This document shows positions 15,401 through 31,030 of a stretch of DNA of 64,000 nt, piece by piece. A model generated the notes under the pieces. The model worked only from the letters and a program-made list of their open reading frames with translations. It was not told the origin of the DNA and ran no database searches. This DNA is from Eledone cirrhosa (Eukaryota), in assembly GCA_964016885.1 (NCBI GenBank), contig OZ024740.1, forward strand, positions 23,002,001 to 23,066,000, in the 5' to 3' direction. A program made the translations under genes and the position numbers. Position 1 is the first letter of the stretch. Each line of letters begins with the position of its first letter.

Positions 15401-18400
15401 ATAACCAGTGGTAAGTAGATTTAGTGATGGTATATAAACCAGTAGTAAGTAGATTCAGTGATGGTATATGAACCAGTGGTAAGTAAATTGAGTGATGGTA
15501 TATGAACCAGTGGAATGTAGATTCAGTGATGGTATATAAACCAGTGGTAAGTAGATTCAGTGATGGCATATGAACCAGTGGAATGTAGATTCAGTGATGG
15601 TATATGAACCAGTGGTAAGTATATTCAGTGATGGTATATGAACCAGTGGTAAATAGATTCAGTGATGGTATATGAACCAGTGGTATGTAGATTCAGTGAT
15701 GGTACATAAATCAGTGTTAAGTAGATTCAGTGATGGTAAATGAACCAGTGGTAAGTATATTCAGTGATGGTATATGAACCAGTGGTAAGTAGATTCAGTG
15801 ATGGTATATGAACCAGTGGTAAGTAGATTCAGTGATGGTATATGAACCAGTGGTAAGTAGATTCAGTGATGGTATATTAACCAGTAGTAACTAGATTCAG
15901 TGATGGTATATGAACCAGTGGTAAGTAGATTCAGTGAAGGTATATAAACCAGTGGTAAATAGATTCAGTGAAGGTATATAAACCAGTGGTCAGTTGATTC
16001 AGTGATGGTATATAAACCAGTGGAAAGTAGATTCAGTAATGGTATATAAAGCAGTGGTAAGCAGATTCAGTGATGGTATATGAACCAGTGGTAAGTAGAT
16101 TCAGTGATGGTATATGAACCAGTGGTAAGTAGATTCAGTGATGGTATATGAACAAGTAGTAAGTAGATTCAGTGATGGTATATAAACCAGTGGTAAGTAG
16201 ATTCAGTGATGGTATATAAACCAGTGGTAAGTAGATTCAGTGATGGTATATGAATGAGTGGTAAATATATTCAGTTATGGTATATAAACCAGTGGTAAGT
16301 AGATTCAGTGATGGCATATGAACCAGTGGTAAGTAGATTCAGTGATGGTATATAAAACAGTGGTAAGTAGATTCAGTGAAGGTATATAAACCAGTGGTAA
16401 ATAGATTCAGTGATGATATATAAACCAGTGGTAAGTAGATTCAGTGATGGTATATGAATCAGTGGTAAGTAGATTCAGTAATGGTATATAAACCAGTGGT
16501 AAGCAGATTCAGTGATGGTATATGAACCAGTGGTAAGTAGATTCAGTGATGGTATATGAACCAGTGGTAAGTAGATTCAGTGATGGTATATAGACCACTA
16601 GTAAGTAGATTCGGTGATGGTATATAAACCAGTGGTAAGTAGATTCAGTGATGGTATATGAACCAGTGGAATGTAGATTCAGTGATGGTATATGAACCAG
16701 TGGTTAGTAGATTCAGTGATGGTATATGAACCAGTGGTAAGTAGATTCAGTGATGGTATATGAACCAGTAGTAAGTAGATTCAGTGATGGTATATGAACC
16801 AATGGTAAATAGATTCAGTGATGGTATAAAACCAGTAGTAACTAGATTCAGTGATGGTATATGAACCAGTGGTAACTATAGTCAGTGATGGTATATGAAC
16901 CAGTGGTAAATAGATTCAGTGATGGTATATGAACCAGTAGTAAGTAGATTCAGTGATGGTATATGAACCAATGGTAAATAGATACAGTGATGGTATGTGA
17001 ACCAGTAGTAAGTAGAATCAGTGATGGTATATGAACCAGTAGTAAGTAGAATCAGTGATGATATATGAATCAGTGGTAAGTAGATTAAGTGATGGTATAT
17101 AAACCAGTAGTGAGTAGATTCAGTGATGGTATATAAACCAGTGGTAAATAGATTCAGTGATGGTATATGAATCAGTGGTAAGTAGATCCTGTGATGGTAT
17201 ATGAACCAGTGGTAAGTAGATTCAGTGATGGTATATGAACCAGTGGTAAGTAGATTCAGTGATGGTATATAGACCACTAGTAAGTAGATTCGGTGATGGT
17301 ATATAACCAGTGGTAAGTGGATTCAGTGATGGTATATGAACCAGTGGTAAGTAGATTCAGTGATGGTATATAAACCAGTGGTAAGTAGATTCAGTGATGG
17401 TATATAAACCAGTAGTAAGTAGATTCAGTGATGGTATATGAACCAGTGGTAAGTGGATTCAGTGATGGTATATGAACCAGTGGTAAGTATATTCAGTGAT
17501 GGTATATAAAACAGTGGTAAGTAGATTCAGTGATGGTATATAAACCAGTGGTAAGTAGATTCAGTGATGGTATATGAACCAGTGGTAAGTAGATTCAGTG
17601 ATAGTATATGAACCAGTGGTAAGTAGATTCAGTGATGGTATATAAAACAGTGGTAAGTAGATTCAGTGATGGTATATGAACCAGTCGTAAGTAGATTCAG
17701 TGATGGTATATGAACCAGTCGTAAGTAGATTCAGTGATGGTATATGAACCAGTGGTAAGTAGATTCAGTGATGGTATATGAACCAGTAGTAAGTAGATTC
17801 AGTGATGGTATATGAACCAGTGGTAAGTAGATTCAGTGATGGTATATGAACCAGTCGTAAGTAGATTCAGTGATGGTATATGAACCAGTGGTAAGTAGAT
17901 TCAGTGATGGTATATGAACCAGTGGTAAGTATAGTCAGTGATGGTATATGAACCAGTGATAAATAAATTCAGTGATGGTATGTGAACCAGTAGTAAGTAG
18001 AATCAGTGATGGTATATGAACCAGTAGTAAGTAGATTCAGTGATGATATATGAATCAGTGGTAAGTAGATTCAGTGATGGTATATGAGCCAGTGGTAAGT
18101 AGATTCTCTGATGGTATATAAACGAGTGGTAAGTAGATTCAGTGATGGTATATGAACCAGTAGTAAGTAGATTCAGTGATGTTATATAAACCAGTGGTAA
18201 GTAGATTCAGTGATGGTATATGAACTAGTGGTAAATAGATTCAGTGATGGTATATGAACCAGTGGTAAGTAGATTCAGTGATGGTATATGAACCAGTAGT
18301 AAGTAGATTCAGTGAAGGTATATAAACCAGTGGTAAGTAGATTCAGTGATGGTATATGTACCAGTGGTAAGTAGATTCAGTGATGGTATATGAACCAGTG

Positions 18401-21400
18401 GTAAGTAGATTCAGTGATGGTATATGAACCAGTGGTAAATAGATTCAGTGATGTTATATTAACCAGTGCTAAGTAGATTCAGTGATTGTATATTAACCAG
18501 TGCTAAGTAGATTCAGTGATGGTATATGAACCCGTTGTAAGTAGATTCAGTGATGATAAATAAACCAGTGGTAAGTAGATTTAGTGATGGTATATTAACC
18601 AGTGTTAAGTAGATCCAGCGATAGTATATGAACCAGTGGTAAATAGATTCAGTGATGGTATATGAACCAGTGCTATGTAGATTCAGTGAAGGTATATGAA
18701 CCAGTGGTAAGTAGATTCAGTGATGGTATATTAACCAGTGGTAAGTAGATTCAGTGACGGTATATAAACCAGTGGTAAGTAGATTCAGTGATGGTATATA
18801 AACCAGTAGTAACTAGATCCAGTGATGGTATATGAACCAGTAGTAAGTAGATCCAGTGATGGTATATGAACCAGTAGTAAGTAGATTCAGTGATGGTATA
18901 TGAACCAGTAGTAACTAGATTCAGTGATGGTATATGAACCAGTAGTAAGTAGATTCAGTGATGGTATATAAACCAGTGGTAAATAGATTCTGTGATGGTA
19001 TATACACCAGTGGTAAGTAGATTAAATGATGGTATATAAAGCAGTGGTAAGTAGATTCAGTGATGGTATATAAATCAGTGGTAAGTAGATTCAGTGATGC
19101 TATATGAACCAGTGGTAAGTAGATTCAGTGATGGTATATGAACCAGTGGTAAGTAGATTCCGTGATGGTATAAGAACCAGTGGCAAGTAGATTCAGTGAT
19201 GGTATATAAACCAGTGGTAAGTAGATTCAGTCATGATATATGAACCAGTGGTAAATAGATTCAGTGATGGTATATGAACCAGTAGTAAGTAGATTCAGTG
19301 ATAGTATATAAACCAGTGGTAAGTAGATTCAGTGATGGTATATGAGCCAGTAGCAAGTAGATTCAGTGATGGTATATGAACCAGTAGTAAGTAGATTCAG
19401 TGATGGTATATGAACCAGCAATAAGTAGATTCAGTGATGGTATATAAACCAGTGGTAAGTAGATTCAGTGATGGTATATAAACCAGTAGTAAGTAGATTC
19501 AGTGATGGTATATGGACCAGTGGTAAGTAGATTCAGTGATGGTATATAAACCAGTGGTAAGTAGATTCAGTGATGGTATATGAACCAGTGGTAAGCAGAT
19601 TCAGTGATGGTATATGAACCAGTGGTAAGTAGATTCAGTGATGGTATATGAACCAGTAGTAAGTAGATTCAGTGATGGTATATGAATCAGTGGTAAGTAG
19701 ATTCAGTGATGGTATATGAACCAGTACTAAGTAGATTCAGTGATGGTATATGGACCAGTGGTAAGTAGATTCAGTGATGGTATATGAACCAGTGGTAAGT
19801 AAATTCAGTGATGGTATATGAACCAGTAGTAAGTAGATTCAGTGATGGTATATAAACCAGTGGTAAGTAGATTCAGTGATGGTATATGAACCAGTGGTAA
19901 GTAAATTCAGTGATGGTATATGAACCAGTAGTAAGTAAATTCAGTGATGGTATATAAACCAGTGGTAAGTAGATTCAGTGATGGTATATGAACAAGTAGT
20001 AAGTAGATTCAGTGATGGTATATAAACCAGTGGTAAGTAGATTCAGTGATGGTATATGAATCAGTGGTAAGTAGATTCAGTAATGGTATATGAACCAGTG
20101 GTAAGTAGATTCAGTGATGGTATATAAACCAGTAGTAACTAGATCCAGTGATGGTTAATGAAGCAGTAGTAAGTAGATCCAGTGATGGTATATGAACCAG
20201 TAGTAAGGAGATTCAGTGATGTTATATGAACCAGTAGTAACTAGATTCAGTGATGGTATATAAACCAGTGGTAAATATATTCAGTGATGTTATATAAACC
20301 AGTGGTAAGTAGATTAAATGATGGTATATAAACCAGTGGTAAGTAGATTCAGTGATGGTATATGAATCAGTGGTAAGTAGATTCAGTGATGGTATATGAA
20401 CCAGTGGTAAATAGATTCAGTGATGGTATATGAACCAGTGGTAAGTAGATTCAGTGATGGTATATGAACCAGTCGTAAGTAGATTCAGTGATGGTATATG
20501 AGCCAGTAGTAAGTAGATTCAGTGATGGTATATGAACCAGTGGTAAGTAGATTCAGTGATGGTATATAAACCAGTGGTAAGTAGATTCAGTGATGATATA
20601 TGAACCAGTGGTAAATAGATTCAGTGATGGTATACGAACCAGTAGTAAGTAGATTCAGTGATGGTATATGAACCAGTAGCAAGTAGATTCAGTGATGGTA
20701 TATGAACCAGTAGTAAGTAGATTCAGTGATGGTATATGAACCAGTGGTAAGTAGATTCAGTGATGGTATATAAACCAGTGGTAAGTAGATTCAGTGATGG
20801 TATATGAACCATTGGTAAGCAGATTCAGTGATGGTATATGAACCAGTGTAAGTAGATTCAGTGATGGTATATGAACCAGTAGTAAGTAGATTCAGTGATG
20901 GTATATGAATCAGTGGTAAGTAGATTCAGTGATGGTATATGAACCAGTAGTAAGTGGATTCAGTGATGGTATATAAACCAGTGGTAAGTAGATTCAGTGA
21001 TGGTATATGAACCAGTGCTAAATAGATTCAGTGATGATGTATGAATCAGTGGTAAGTAGATTCAGTGATGGTATATGAACCAGTAGTAAGTAGATTCAGT
21101 GATGGTATATGAACCAGTGGTAAGTAGATTCAGTGATGGTATATAAACAAGTGGTAAGTAGATTCAGTGATTGTATATGAACAAGTAGTAAGTAGATTCA
21201 GTGATGGTATATAAACCAGTGGTAAGTAGATTCAGTGATGGTATATGAATGAGTGGTAAATATATTCAGTTATGGTATATAAACCAGTGGGAAGTAGATT
21301 CAGTGATGGCATATGAACCAGTGGTAAGTAGATTCAGTGATGGTATATGAACCACTGGTAAGTAGATTCTGTGATGGCATATGAACCAGTGGTAAATATA

Positions 21401-24400
21401 TTCAGTGATGGTATATAAACCAGTGGTAAGTAGATTCAGTGATGATATATGAATCAGTGGTAAGTGGATTCAGTAATGGTATATGAACCAGTGGTAAGTT
21501 GATTCAGTGATGGTATATAAACCAGTGGAAAGTAGATTCAGTAATGGTATATAAACCAGTGGTAAGCAGATTCAGTGATGGTATATGAACCAGTGGTAAG
21601 TAGATTCAGTGATGGTATATGAACCAGTGGTAAGTAGATTCAGTGATGGTATATGAACCAGTAGTAAGTAGATTCAGTGAAGGTATATAAACCAGTGGTA
21701 AGTAGATTCAGTGATGGTATATGAACCAGTGGTAAGTAGATTCAGTGATGGTATATGAACCAGTGGTAAGTAGATTCAGTGATGGTATATGAACCAGTGG
21801 TTAATAGATTCAGTGATGTTATATTAACCAGTGCTAAGTAGATTCAGTGATGGTATATGAATTAGTGGTAAGTAGATTCAGTGATGGTATATTAACCAGT
21901 GGTAAGTAGATTCAGTGATGGTATATGAACCCGTTGTAAGTAGATTCAGTGATGATAAATAAACCAGTGGTAAGTAGATTTAGTGATGGTATATTAACCA
22001 GTGTTAAGTAGATCCAGCGATAGTATATGAACCAGTGGTAAATAGATTCAGTGATGGTATATGAACCAGTGCTAAGTAGATTCAGTGAAGGTATATTAAC
22101 CAGTGGTAAGTAGATTCAGTGATGGTATATTAACCAGTGGTAAGTAGATTCAGTGACGGTATATAAACCAGTGTTAAGTAGATTAAGTGATGGTATATAA
22201 ACCAGTAGTAACTAGATCCAGTGATGGTATATGAACCAGTAGTAAGTAGATCAAGTGATGGTATATGAACCAGTAGTAAGTAGATTCAGTGATGGTATAT
22301 GAACCAGTAGTAACTAGATTCAGTGATGGTATATGAACCAGTAGTAAGTAGATTCAGTGATGGTATATAAACCAGTGGTAAATAGATTCAGTGATGGTAT
22401 ATACACCAGTGGTAAGTAGATTAAATGATGGTATATAAACCAGTGGTAAGTAGATTCAGTGATGGTATATAAACCAGTAGTAAGTAGATTCAGTGATGGT
22501 ATATGGACCAGTGGTAAGTAGATTCAGTGATGGTATATATACCAGTGGTAAGTAGATTCAGTGATGGTATATGAACCAGTGGTAAGAAGATTCAGTGATG
22601 GTATATGAACCAGTGGTAAGTAGATTCAGTGATGGTATATGAACCAGTAGTAAGTAGATTCAGTGATGGTATATGAATCAGTGGTAAGTAGATTCAGTGA
22701 TGGTATATGAACCAGTACTAAGTAGATTCAGTGATGGTATATGAACCAGTGGTAAGTAGATTCAGTGATGGTATATGAACCAGTGGTAAGTAAATTTAGT
22801 GATGGTATATGAACCAGTAGTAAGTAGATTCAGTGATGTATATGAACCAGTGGTAAGTAGATTCAGTGATGGTATATAAACCAGTGGTAAGTAGATTCAG
22901 TGATGGTATATGAACAAGTAGTAAGTAGATTCAATGATGGTATATAAACCAGTGGTAAGTAGATTCAGTGATGGTATATGAATCAGTGGTAAGTAGATTC
23001 AGTAATGGTATATGAACCAGTGGTAAGTAGATTCAGTGATGGTATATAAACCAGTAGTAACTAGATCCAGTGATGTTATATGAACCAGTAGTAAGTAGAT
23101 CCAGTGATGGTATATGAACAAGTAGTAAGGAGATTCAGTGATGGTATATGAACCAGTAGTAACTAGATTCAGTGATGGTATATGAACCAGTGGTAAGTAA
23201 ATTCAGTGATGGTATATGAACCAGTAGTAAGTAGATTCAGTGTTGGTATATAAACCAGTGGTAAATATATTCAGTGATGTTATATAAACCAGTGGTAAGT
23301 AGATTAAATGATGGTATATAAACCAGTGGTAAGTAGATTCAGTGATGGTATATGAATCAGTGGTAAGTAGATTCAGTGATGGTATATGAACCACTGGTAA
23401 ATAGATTCAGTGATGGTATATGAACCAGTGGTAAGTAGATTCAGTGATGGTATATGAACCAGTGGTAAGTAGATTCAGTGATGGTATATGAACCAGTAGT
23501 AAGTAGATTCAGTGATGGTATATGAACCAGTGGTAAGTAGATTCAGTGATGGTTTATAAACCAGTGGTAAGTAGATTCAGTGATGGTATACGAACCAGTA
23601 GTAAGTAGATTCAGTGATGGTATATGAACCAGTAGTAAGTAGATTCAGTGATGGTATATGAACCAGCAATAAGTAGATTCAGTGATGGTATATAAACCAG
23701 TGGTAAGTAGATTCAGTGATGGTATATAAACTAGTAGTAAGTAGATTCAGTGATGGTATATGAACCAGTGGTAAGTAGATTCAGTGATGGTATATAAACC
23801 AGTGGTAAGTAGATTCAGTGATGGTATATGAACCATTGGTAAGCAGATTCAGTGATGGTATATGAACCAGTGTAAGTAGATTCAGTGATGGTATATGAAC
23901 CAGTAGTAAGTAGATTCAGTGATGGTATATGAATCAGTGGTAAGTAGATTCAGTGATGGTATATGAACCAGTAGTAAGTAGATTCAGTGATGGTATATGA
24001 ACCAGTGGTAAGTAGATTCAGTGATGGTATATAAACCAGTGGTAAGTAGATTCAGTGATGGTATATGAACCAGTGCTAAATAGATTCAGTGATGATATAT
24101 GAATCAGTGGTAAGTAGATTCAGTGATGGTATATGAACCAGTAGTAAGTAGATTCAGTGATGGTATATGAACCAGTGGTAAGTAGATTCAGTGATGGTAT
24201 ATAAACCAGTGGCAAGTAGATTCAGTGATGGTATATGAACAAGTAGTAAGTAGATTCAGTGATGGTATATAAACCAGTGGTAAGTAGATTCAGTGATGGT
24301 ATATGAATGAGTGGTAAATATATTCAGTTATGGTATATGAACCAGTGGTAAGTAGATTCAGTGATGGCATATGAACCATTGGTAAGTAGATTCAGTGATG

Positions 24401-27400
24401 GTATATAAACCAGTGGTAAGTAGATTCTGCGATGGCATATGAACCAGTGGTAAATAGATTCAGTGATGGTATATAAACCAGTGGTAAGTAGATTCAGTGA
24501 TGGTATATAAATCAGTGGTAAGTGGATTCAGTAATGGTATATGAACCAGTGGTAAGTTGATTCAGTGATGGTATATAAACCAGTGGTAAGCAGATTCAGT
24601 GATGGTATATGAACCAGTGGTAAGTAGATTCAGTGATGGTATATGAACCAGTGGTAAGTAGATTCAGTGATGGTATATGAACCAGTGGTAAGTAGATTCA
24701 GTGAAGGTATATAGACCATTAGTAAGTAGATTCGTTGATGGTATATAACCAGTGGTAAGTAGATTTAGTGATGGTATATAAACCAGTAGTAAGTAGATTC
24801 AGTGATGGTATATGAACCAGTGGTAAGTAAATTGAGTGATGGTATATGAACCAGTGGAATGTAGATTCAGTGATGGTATATAAACCAGTGGTAAGTAGAT
24901 TCAGTGATGGCATATGAACCAGTGGAATGTAGATTCAGTGATGGTATATGAACCAGTGGTAAGTATATTCAGTGATGGTATATGAACCAGTGGTAAATAG
25001 ATTCAGTGATGGTATATGAACCAGTGGTATGTAGATTCAGTGATGGTACATAAATCAGTGTTAAGTAGATTCAGTGATGGTAAATGAACCAGTGGTAAGT
25101 ATATTCAGTGATGGTATATGAACCAGTGGTAAGTAGATTCAGTGATGGTATATGAACCAGTGGTAAGTAGATTCAGTGATGGTATATGAACCAGTGGTAA
25201 GTAGATTCAGTGATGGTATATTAACCAGTAGTAACTAGATTCAGTGATGGTATATGAACCAGTGGTAAGTAGATTCAGTGAAGGTATATAAACCAGTGGT
25301 AAATAGATTCAGTGAAGGTATATAAACCAGTGGTCAGTTGATTCAGTGATGGTATATAAACCAGTGGAAAGTAGATTCAGTAATGGTATATAAAGCAGTG
25401 GTAAGCAGATTCAGTGATGGTATATGAACCAGTGGTAAGTAGATTCAGTGATGGTATATGAACCAGTGGTAAGTAGATTCAGTGATGGTATATGAACAAG
25501 TAGTAAGTAGATTCAGTGATGGTATATAAACCAGTGGTAAGTAGATTCAGTGATGGTATATAAACCAGTGGTAAGTAGATTCAGTGATGGTATATGAATG
25601 AGTGGTAAATATATTCAGTTATGGTATATAAACCAGTGGTAAGTAGATTCAGTGATGGCATATGAACCAGTGGTAAGTAGATTCAGTGATGGTATATAAA
25701 ACAGTGGTAAGTAGATTCAGTGAAGGTATATAAACCAGTGGTAAATAGATTCAGTGATGGTATATAAACCAGTGGTAAGTAGATTCAGTGATGGTATATG
25801 AATCAGTGGTAAGTAGATTCAGTAATTGTATATGAACCAGTGGTAAGTTGATTCAGTGATGGTATATAAACCAGTGGAAAGTAGATTCAGTAATGGTATA
25901 TAAACCAGTGGTAAGCAGATTCAGTGATGGTATATGAACCAGTGGTAAGTAGATTCAGTGATGGTATATGAACCAGTGGTAAGTAGATTCAGTGATGGTA
26001 TATAGACCACTAGTAAGTAGATTCGGTGATGGTATATAAACCAGTGGTAAGTAGATTCAGTGATGGTATATGAACCAGTGGAATGTAGATTCAGTGATGG
26101 TATATGAACCAGTGGTTAGTAGATTCAGTGATGGTATATGAACCAGTGGTAAGTAGATTCAGTGATGGTATATGAACCAGTAGTAAGTAGATTCAGTGAT
26201 GGTATATGAACCAATGGTAAATAGATTCAGTGATGGTATAAAACCAGTAGTAACTAGATTCAGTGATGGTATATGAACCAGTGGTAACTATAGTCAGTGA
26301 TGGTATATGAACCAGTGGTAAATAGATTCAGTGATGGTATATGAACCAGTAGTAAGTAGATTCAGTGATGGTATATGAACCAATGGTAAATAGATACAGT
26401 GATGGTATGTGAACCAGTAGTAAGTAGAATCAGTGATGGTATATGAACCAGTAGTAAGTAGAATCAGTGATGATATATGAATCAGTGGTAAGTAGATTAA
26501 GTGATGGTATATAAACCAGTAGTGAGTAGATTCAGTGATGGTATATAAACCAGTGGTAAATAGATTCAGTGATGGTATATGAATCAGTGGTAAGTAGATT
26601 CAGTGATGGTATATGAACCAGTGGTAAGTAGATTCAGTGATGGTATATGAACCAGTGGTAAGTAGATTCAGTGATGGTATATAGACCACTAGTAAGTAGA
26701 TTCGGTGATGGTATATAACCAGTGGTAAGTGGATTCAGTGATGGTATATGAACCAGTGGTAAGTAGATTCAGTGATGGTATATAAACCAGTGGTAAGTAG
26801 ATTCAGTGATGGTATATAAACCAGTAGTAAGTAGATTCAGTGATGGTATATGAACCAGTGGTAAGTGGATTCAGTGATGGTATATGAACCAGTGGTAAGT
26901 ATATTCAGTGATGGTATATAAAACAGTGGTAAGTAGATTCAGTGATGGTATATAAACCAGTGGTAAGTAGATTCAGTGATGGTATATGAACCAGTGGTAA
27001 GTAGATTCAGTGATAGTATATGAACCAGTGGTAAGTAGATTCAGTGATGGTATATAAAACAGTGGTAAGTAGATTCAGTGATGGTATATGAACCAGTCGT
27101 AAGTAGATTCAGTGATGGTATATGAACCAGTCGTAAGTAGATTCAGTGATGGTATATGAACCAGTGGTAAGTAGATTCAGTGATGGTATATGAACCAGTA
27201 GTAAGTAGATTCAGTGATGGTATATGAACCAGTGGTAAGTAGATTCAGTGATGGTATATGAACCAGTCGTAAGTAGATTCAGTGATGGTATATGAACCAG
27301 TGGTAAGTAGATTCAGTGATGGTATATGAACCAGTGGTAAGTATAGTCAGTGATGGTATATGAACCAGTGATAAATAAATTCAGTGATGGTATGTGAACC

Positions 27401-30400
27401 AGTAGTAAGTAGAATCAGTGATGGTATATGAACCAGTAGTAAGTAGATTCAGTGATGATATATGAATCAGTGGTAAGTAGATTCAGTGATGGTATATGAG
27501 CCAGTGGTAAGTAGATTCTCTGATGGTATATAAACGAGTGGTAAGTAGATTCAGTGATGGTATATGAACCAGTAGTAAGTAGATTCAGTGATGTTATATA
27601 AACCAGTGGTAAGTAGATTCAGTGATGGTATATGAACTAGTGGTAAATAGATTCAGTGATGGTATATGAACCAGTGGTAAGTAGATTCAGTGATGGTATA
27701 TGAACCAGTAGTAAGTAGATTCAGTGAAGGTATATAAACCAGTGGTAAGTAGATTCAGTGATGGTATATGTACCAGTGGTAAGTAGATTCAGTGATGGTA
27801 TATGAACCAGTGGTAAGTAGATTCAGTGATGGTATATGAACCAGTGGTAAATAGATTCAGTGATGTTATATTAACCAGTGCTAAGTAGATTCAGTGATTG
27901 TATATTAACCAGTGCTAAGTAGATTCAGTGATGGTATATGAACCCGTTGTAAGTAGATTCAGTGATGATAAATAAACCAGTGGTAAGTAGATTTAGTGAT
28001 GGTATATTAACCAGTGTTAAGTAGATCCAGCGATAGTATATGAACCAGTGGTAAATAGATTCAGTGATGGTATATGAACCAGTGCTATGTAGATTCAGTG
28101 AAGGTATATAAACCAGTGGTAAGTAGATTCAGTGATGGTATATTAACCAGTGGTAAGTAGATTCAGTGACGGTATATAAACCAGTGGTAAGTAGATTCAG
28201 TGATGGTATATAAACCAGTAGTAACTAGATCCAGTGATGGTATATGAACCAGTAGTAAGTAGATCCAGTGATGGTATATGAACCAGTAGTAAGTAGATTC
28301 AGTGATGGTATATGAACCAGTAGTAACTAGATTCAGTGATGGTATATGAACCAGTAGTAAGTAGATTCAGTGATGGTATATAAACCAGTGGTAAATAGAT
28401 TCTGTGATGGTATATACACCAGTGGTAAGTAGATTAAATGATGGTATATAAAGCAGTGGTAAGTAGATTCAGTGATGGTATATAAATCAGTGGTAAGTAG
28501 ATTCAGTGATGCTATATGAACCAGTGGTAAGTAGATTCAGTGATGGTATATGAACCAGTGGTAAGTAGATTCCGTGATGGTATAAGAACCAGTGGCAAGT
28601 AGATTCAGTGATGGTATATAAACCAGTGGTAAGTAGATTCAGTCATGATATATGAACCAGTGGTAAATAGATTCAGTGATGGTATATGAACCAGTAGTAA
28701 GTAGATTCAGTGATAGTATATAAACCAGTGGTAAGTAGATTCAGTGATGGTATATGAGCCAGTAGCAAGTAGATTCAGTGATGGTATATGAACCAGTAGT
28801 AAGTAGATTCAGTGATGGTATATGAACCAGCAATAAGTAGATTCAGTGATGGTATATAAACCAGTGGTAAGTAGATTCAGTGATGGTATATAAACCAGTA
28901 GTAAGTAGATTCAGTGATGGTATATGGACCAGTGGTAAGTAGATTCAGTGATGGTATATAAACCAGTGGTAAGTAGATTCAGTGATGGTATATGAACCAG
29001 TGGTAAGCAGATTCAGTGATGGTATATGAACCAGTGGTAAGTAGATTCAGTGATGGTATATGAACCAGTAGTAAGTAGATTCAGTGATGGTATATGAATC
29101 AGTGGTAAGTAGATTCAGTGATGGTATATGAACCAGTACTAAGTAGATTCAGTGATGGTATATGGACCAGTGGTAAGTAGATTCAGTGATGGTATATGAA
29201 CCAGTGGTAAGTAAATTCAGTGATGGTATATGAACCAGTAGTAAGTAGATTCAGTGATGGTATATAAACCAGTGGTAAGTAGATTCAGTGATGGTATATG
29301 AACCAGTGGTAAGTAAATTCAGTGATGGTATATGAACCAGTAGTAAGTAAATTCAGTGATGGTATATAAACCAGTGGTAAGTAGATTCAGTGATGGTATA
29401 TGAACAAGTAGTAAGTAGATTCAGTGATGGTATATAAACCAGTGGTAAGTAGATTCAGTGATGGTATATGAATCAGTGGTAAGTAGATTCAGTAATGGTA
29501 TATGAACCAGTGGTAAGTAGATTCAGTGATGGTATATAAACCAGTAGTAACTAGATCCAGTGATGGTTAATGAAGCAGTAGTAAGTAGATCCAGTGATGG
29601 TATATGAACCAGTAGTAACTAGATTCAGTGATGGTATATAAACCAGTGGTAAATATATTCAGTGATGTTATATAAACCAGTGGTAAGTAGATTAAATGAT
29701 GGTATATAAACCAGTGGTAAGTAGATTCAGTGATGGTATATGAATCAGTGGTAAGTAGATTCAGTGATGGTATATGAACCAGTGGTAAATAGATTCAGTG
29801 ATGGTATATGAACCAGTGGTAAGTAGATTCAGTGATGGTATATGAACCAGTCGTAAGTAGATTCAGTGATGGTATATGAGCCAGTAGTAAGTAGATTCAG
29901 TGATGGTATATGAACCAGTGGTAAGTAGATTCAGTGATGGTATATAAACCAGTGGTAAGTAGATTCAGTGATGATATATGAACCAGTGGTAAATAGATTC
30001 AGTGATGGTATACGAACCAGTAGTAAGTAGATTCAGTGATGGTATATGAACCAGTAGCAAGTAGATTCAGTGATGGTATATGAACCAGTAGTAAGTAGAT
30101 TCAGTGATGGTATATGAACCAGTGGTAAGTAGATTCAGTGATGGTATATAAACCAGTGGTAAGTAGATTCAGTGATGGTATATGAACCATTGGTAAGCAG
30201 ATTCAGTGATGGTATATGAACCAGTGTAAGTAGATTCAGTGATGGTATATGAACCAGTAGTAAGTAGATTCAGTGATGGTATATGAATCAGTGGTAAGTA
30301 GATTCAGTGATGGTATATGAACCAGTAGTAAGTGGATTCAGTGATGGTATATAAACCAGTGGTAAGTAGATTCAGTGATGGTATATGAACCAGTGCTAAA

Positions 30401-31030
30401 TAGATTCAGTGATGATGTATGAATCAGTGGTAAGTAGATTCAGTGATGGTATATGAACCAGTAGTAAGTAGATTCAGTGATGGTATATGAACCAGTGGTA
30501 AGTAGATTCAGTGATGGTATATAAACAAGTGGTAAGTAGATTCAGTGATTGTATATGAACAAGTAGTAAGTAGATTCAGTGATGGTATATAAACCAGTGG
30601 TAAGTAGATTCAGTGATGGTATATGAATGAGTGGTAAATATATTCAGTTATGGTATATAAACCAGTGGGAAGTAGATTCAGTGATGGCATATGAACCAGT
30701 GGTAAGTAGATTCAGTGATGGTATATGAACCACTGGTAAGTAGATTCTGTGATGGCATATGAACCAGTGGTAAATATATTCAGTGATGGTATATAAACCA
30801 GTGGTAAGTAGATTCAGTGATGATATATGAATCAGTGGTAAGTGGATTCAGTAATGGTATATGAACCAGTGGTAAGTTGATTCAGTGATGGTATATAAAC
30901 CAGTGGAAAGTAGATTCAGTAATGGTATATAAACCAGTGGTAAGCAGATTCAGTGATGGTATATGAACCAGTGGTAAGTAGATTCAGTGATGGTATATGA
31001 ACCAGTGGTAAGTAGATTCAGTGATGGTAT
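12440..31030 (+). repeat. Tandem higher-order duplication, two copies of about 9.2-9.4 kb (junction ~21650)
   Basis: Marker offsets: GGTTAA 12625/21799 (9174); ORFs 13859/23203 and 15375/24719 (9344); GAGCC 18086/27498 and GGTTAATG 20153/29565 (9412); GTCG 20472/29850 (9378). Offsets differ by multiples of 34. Boundaries approximate. Confidence 0.92.
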
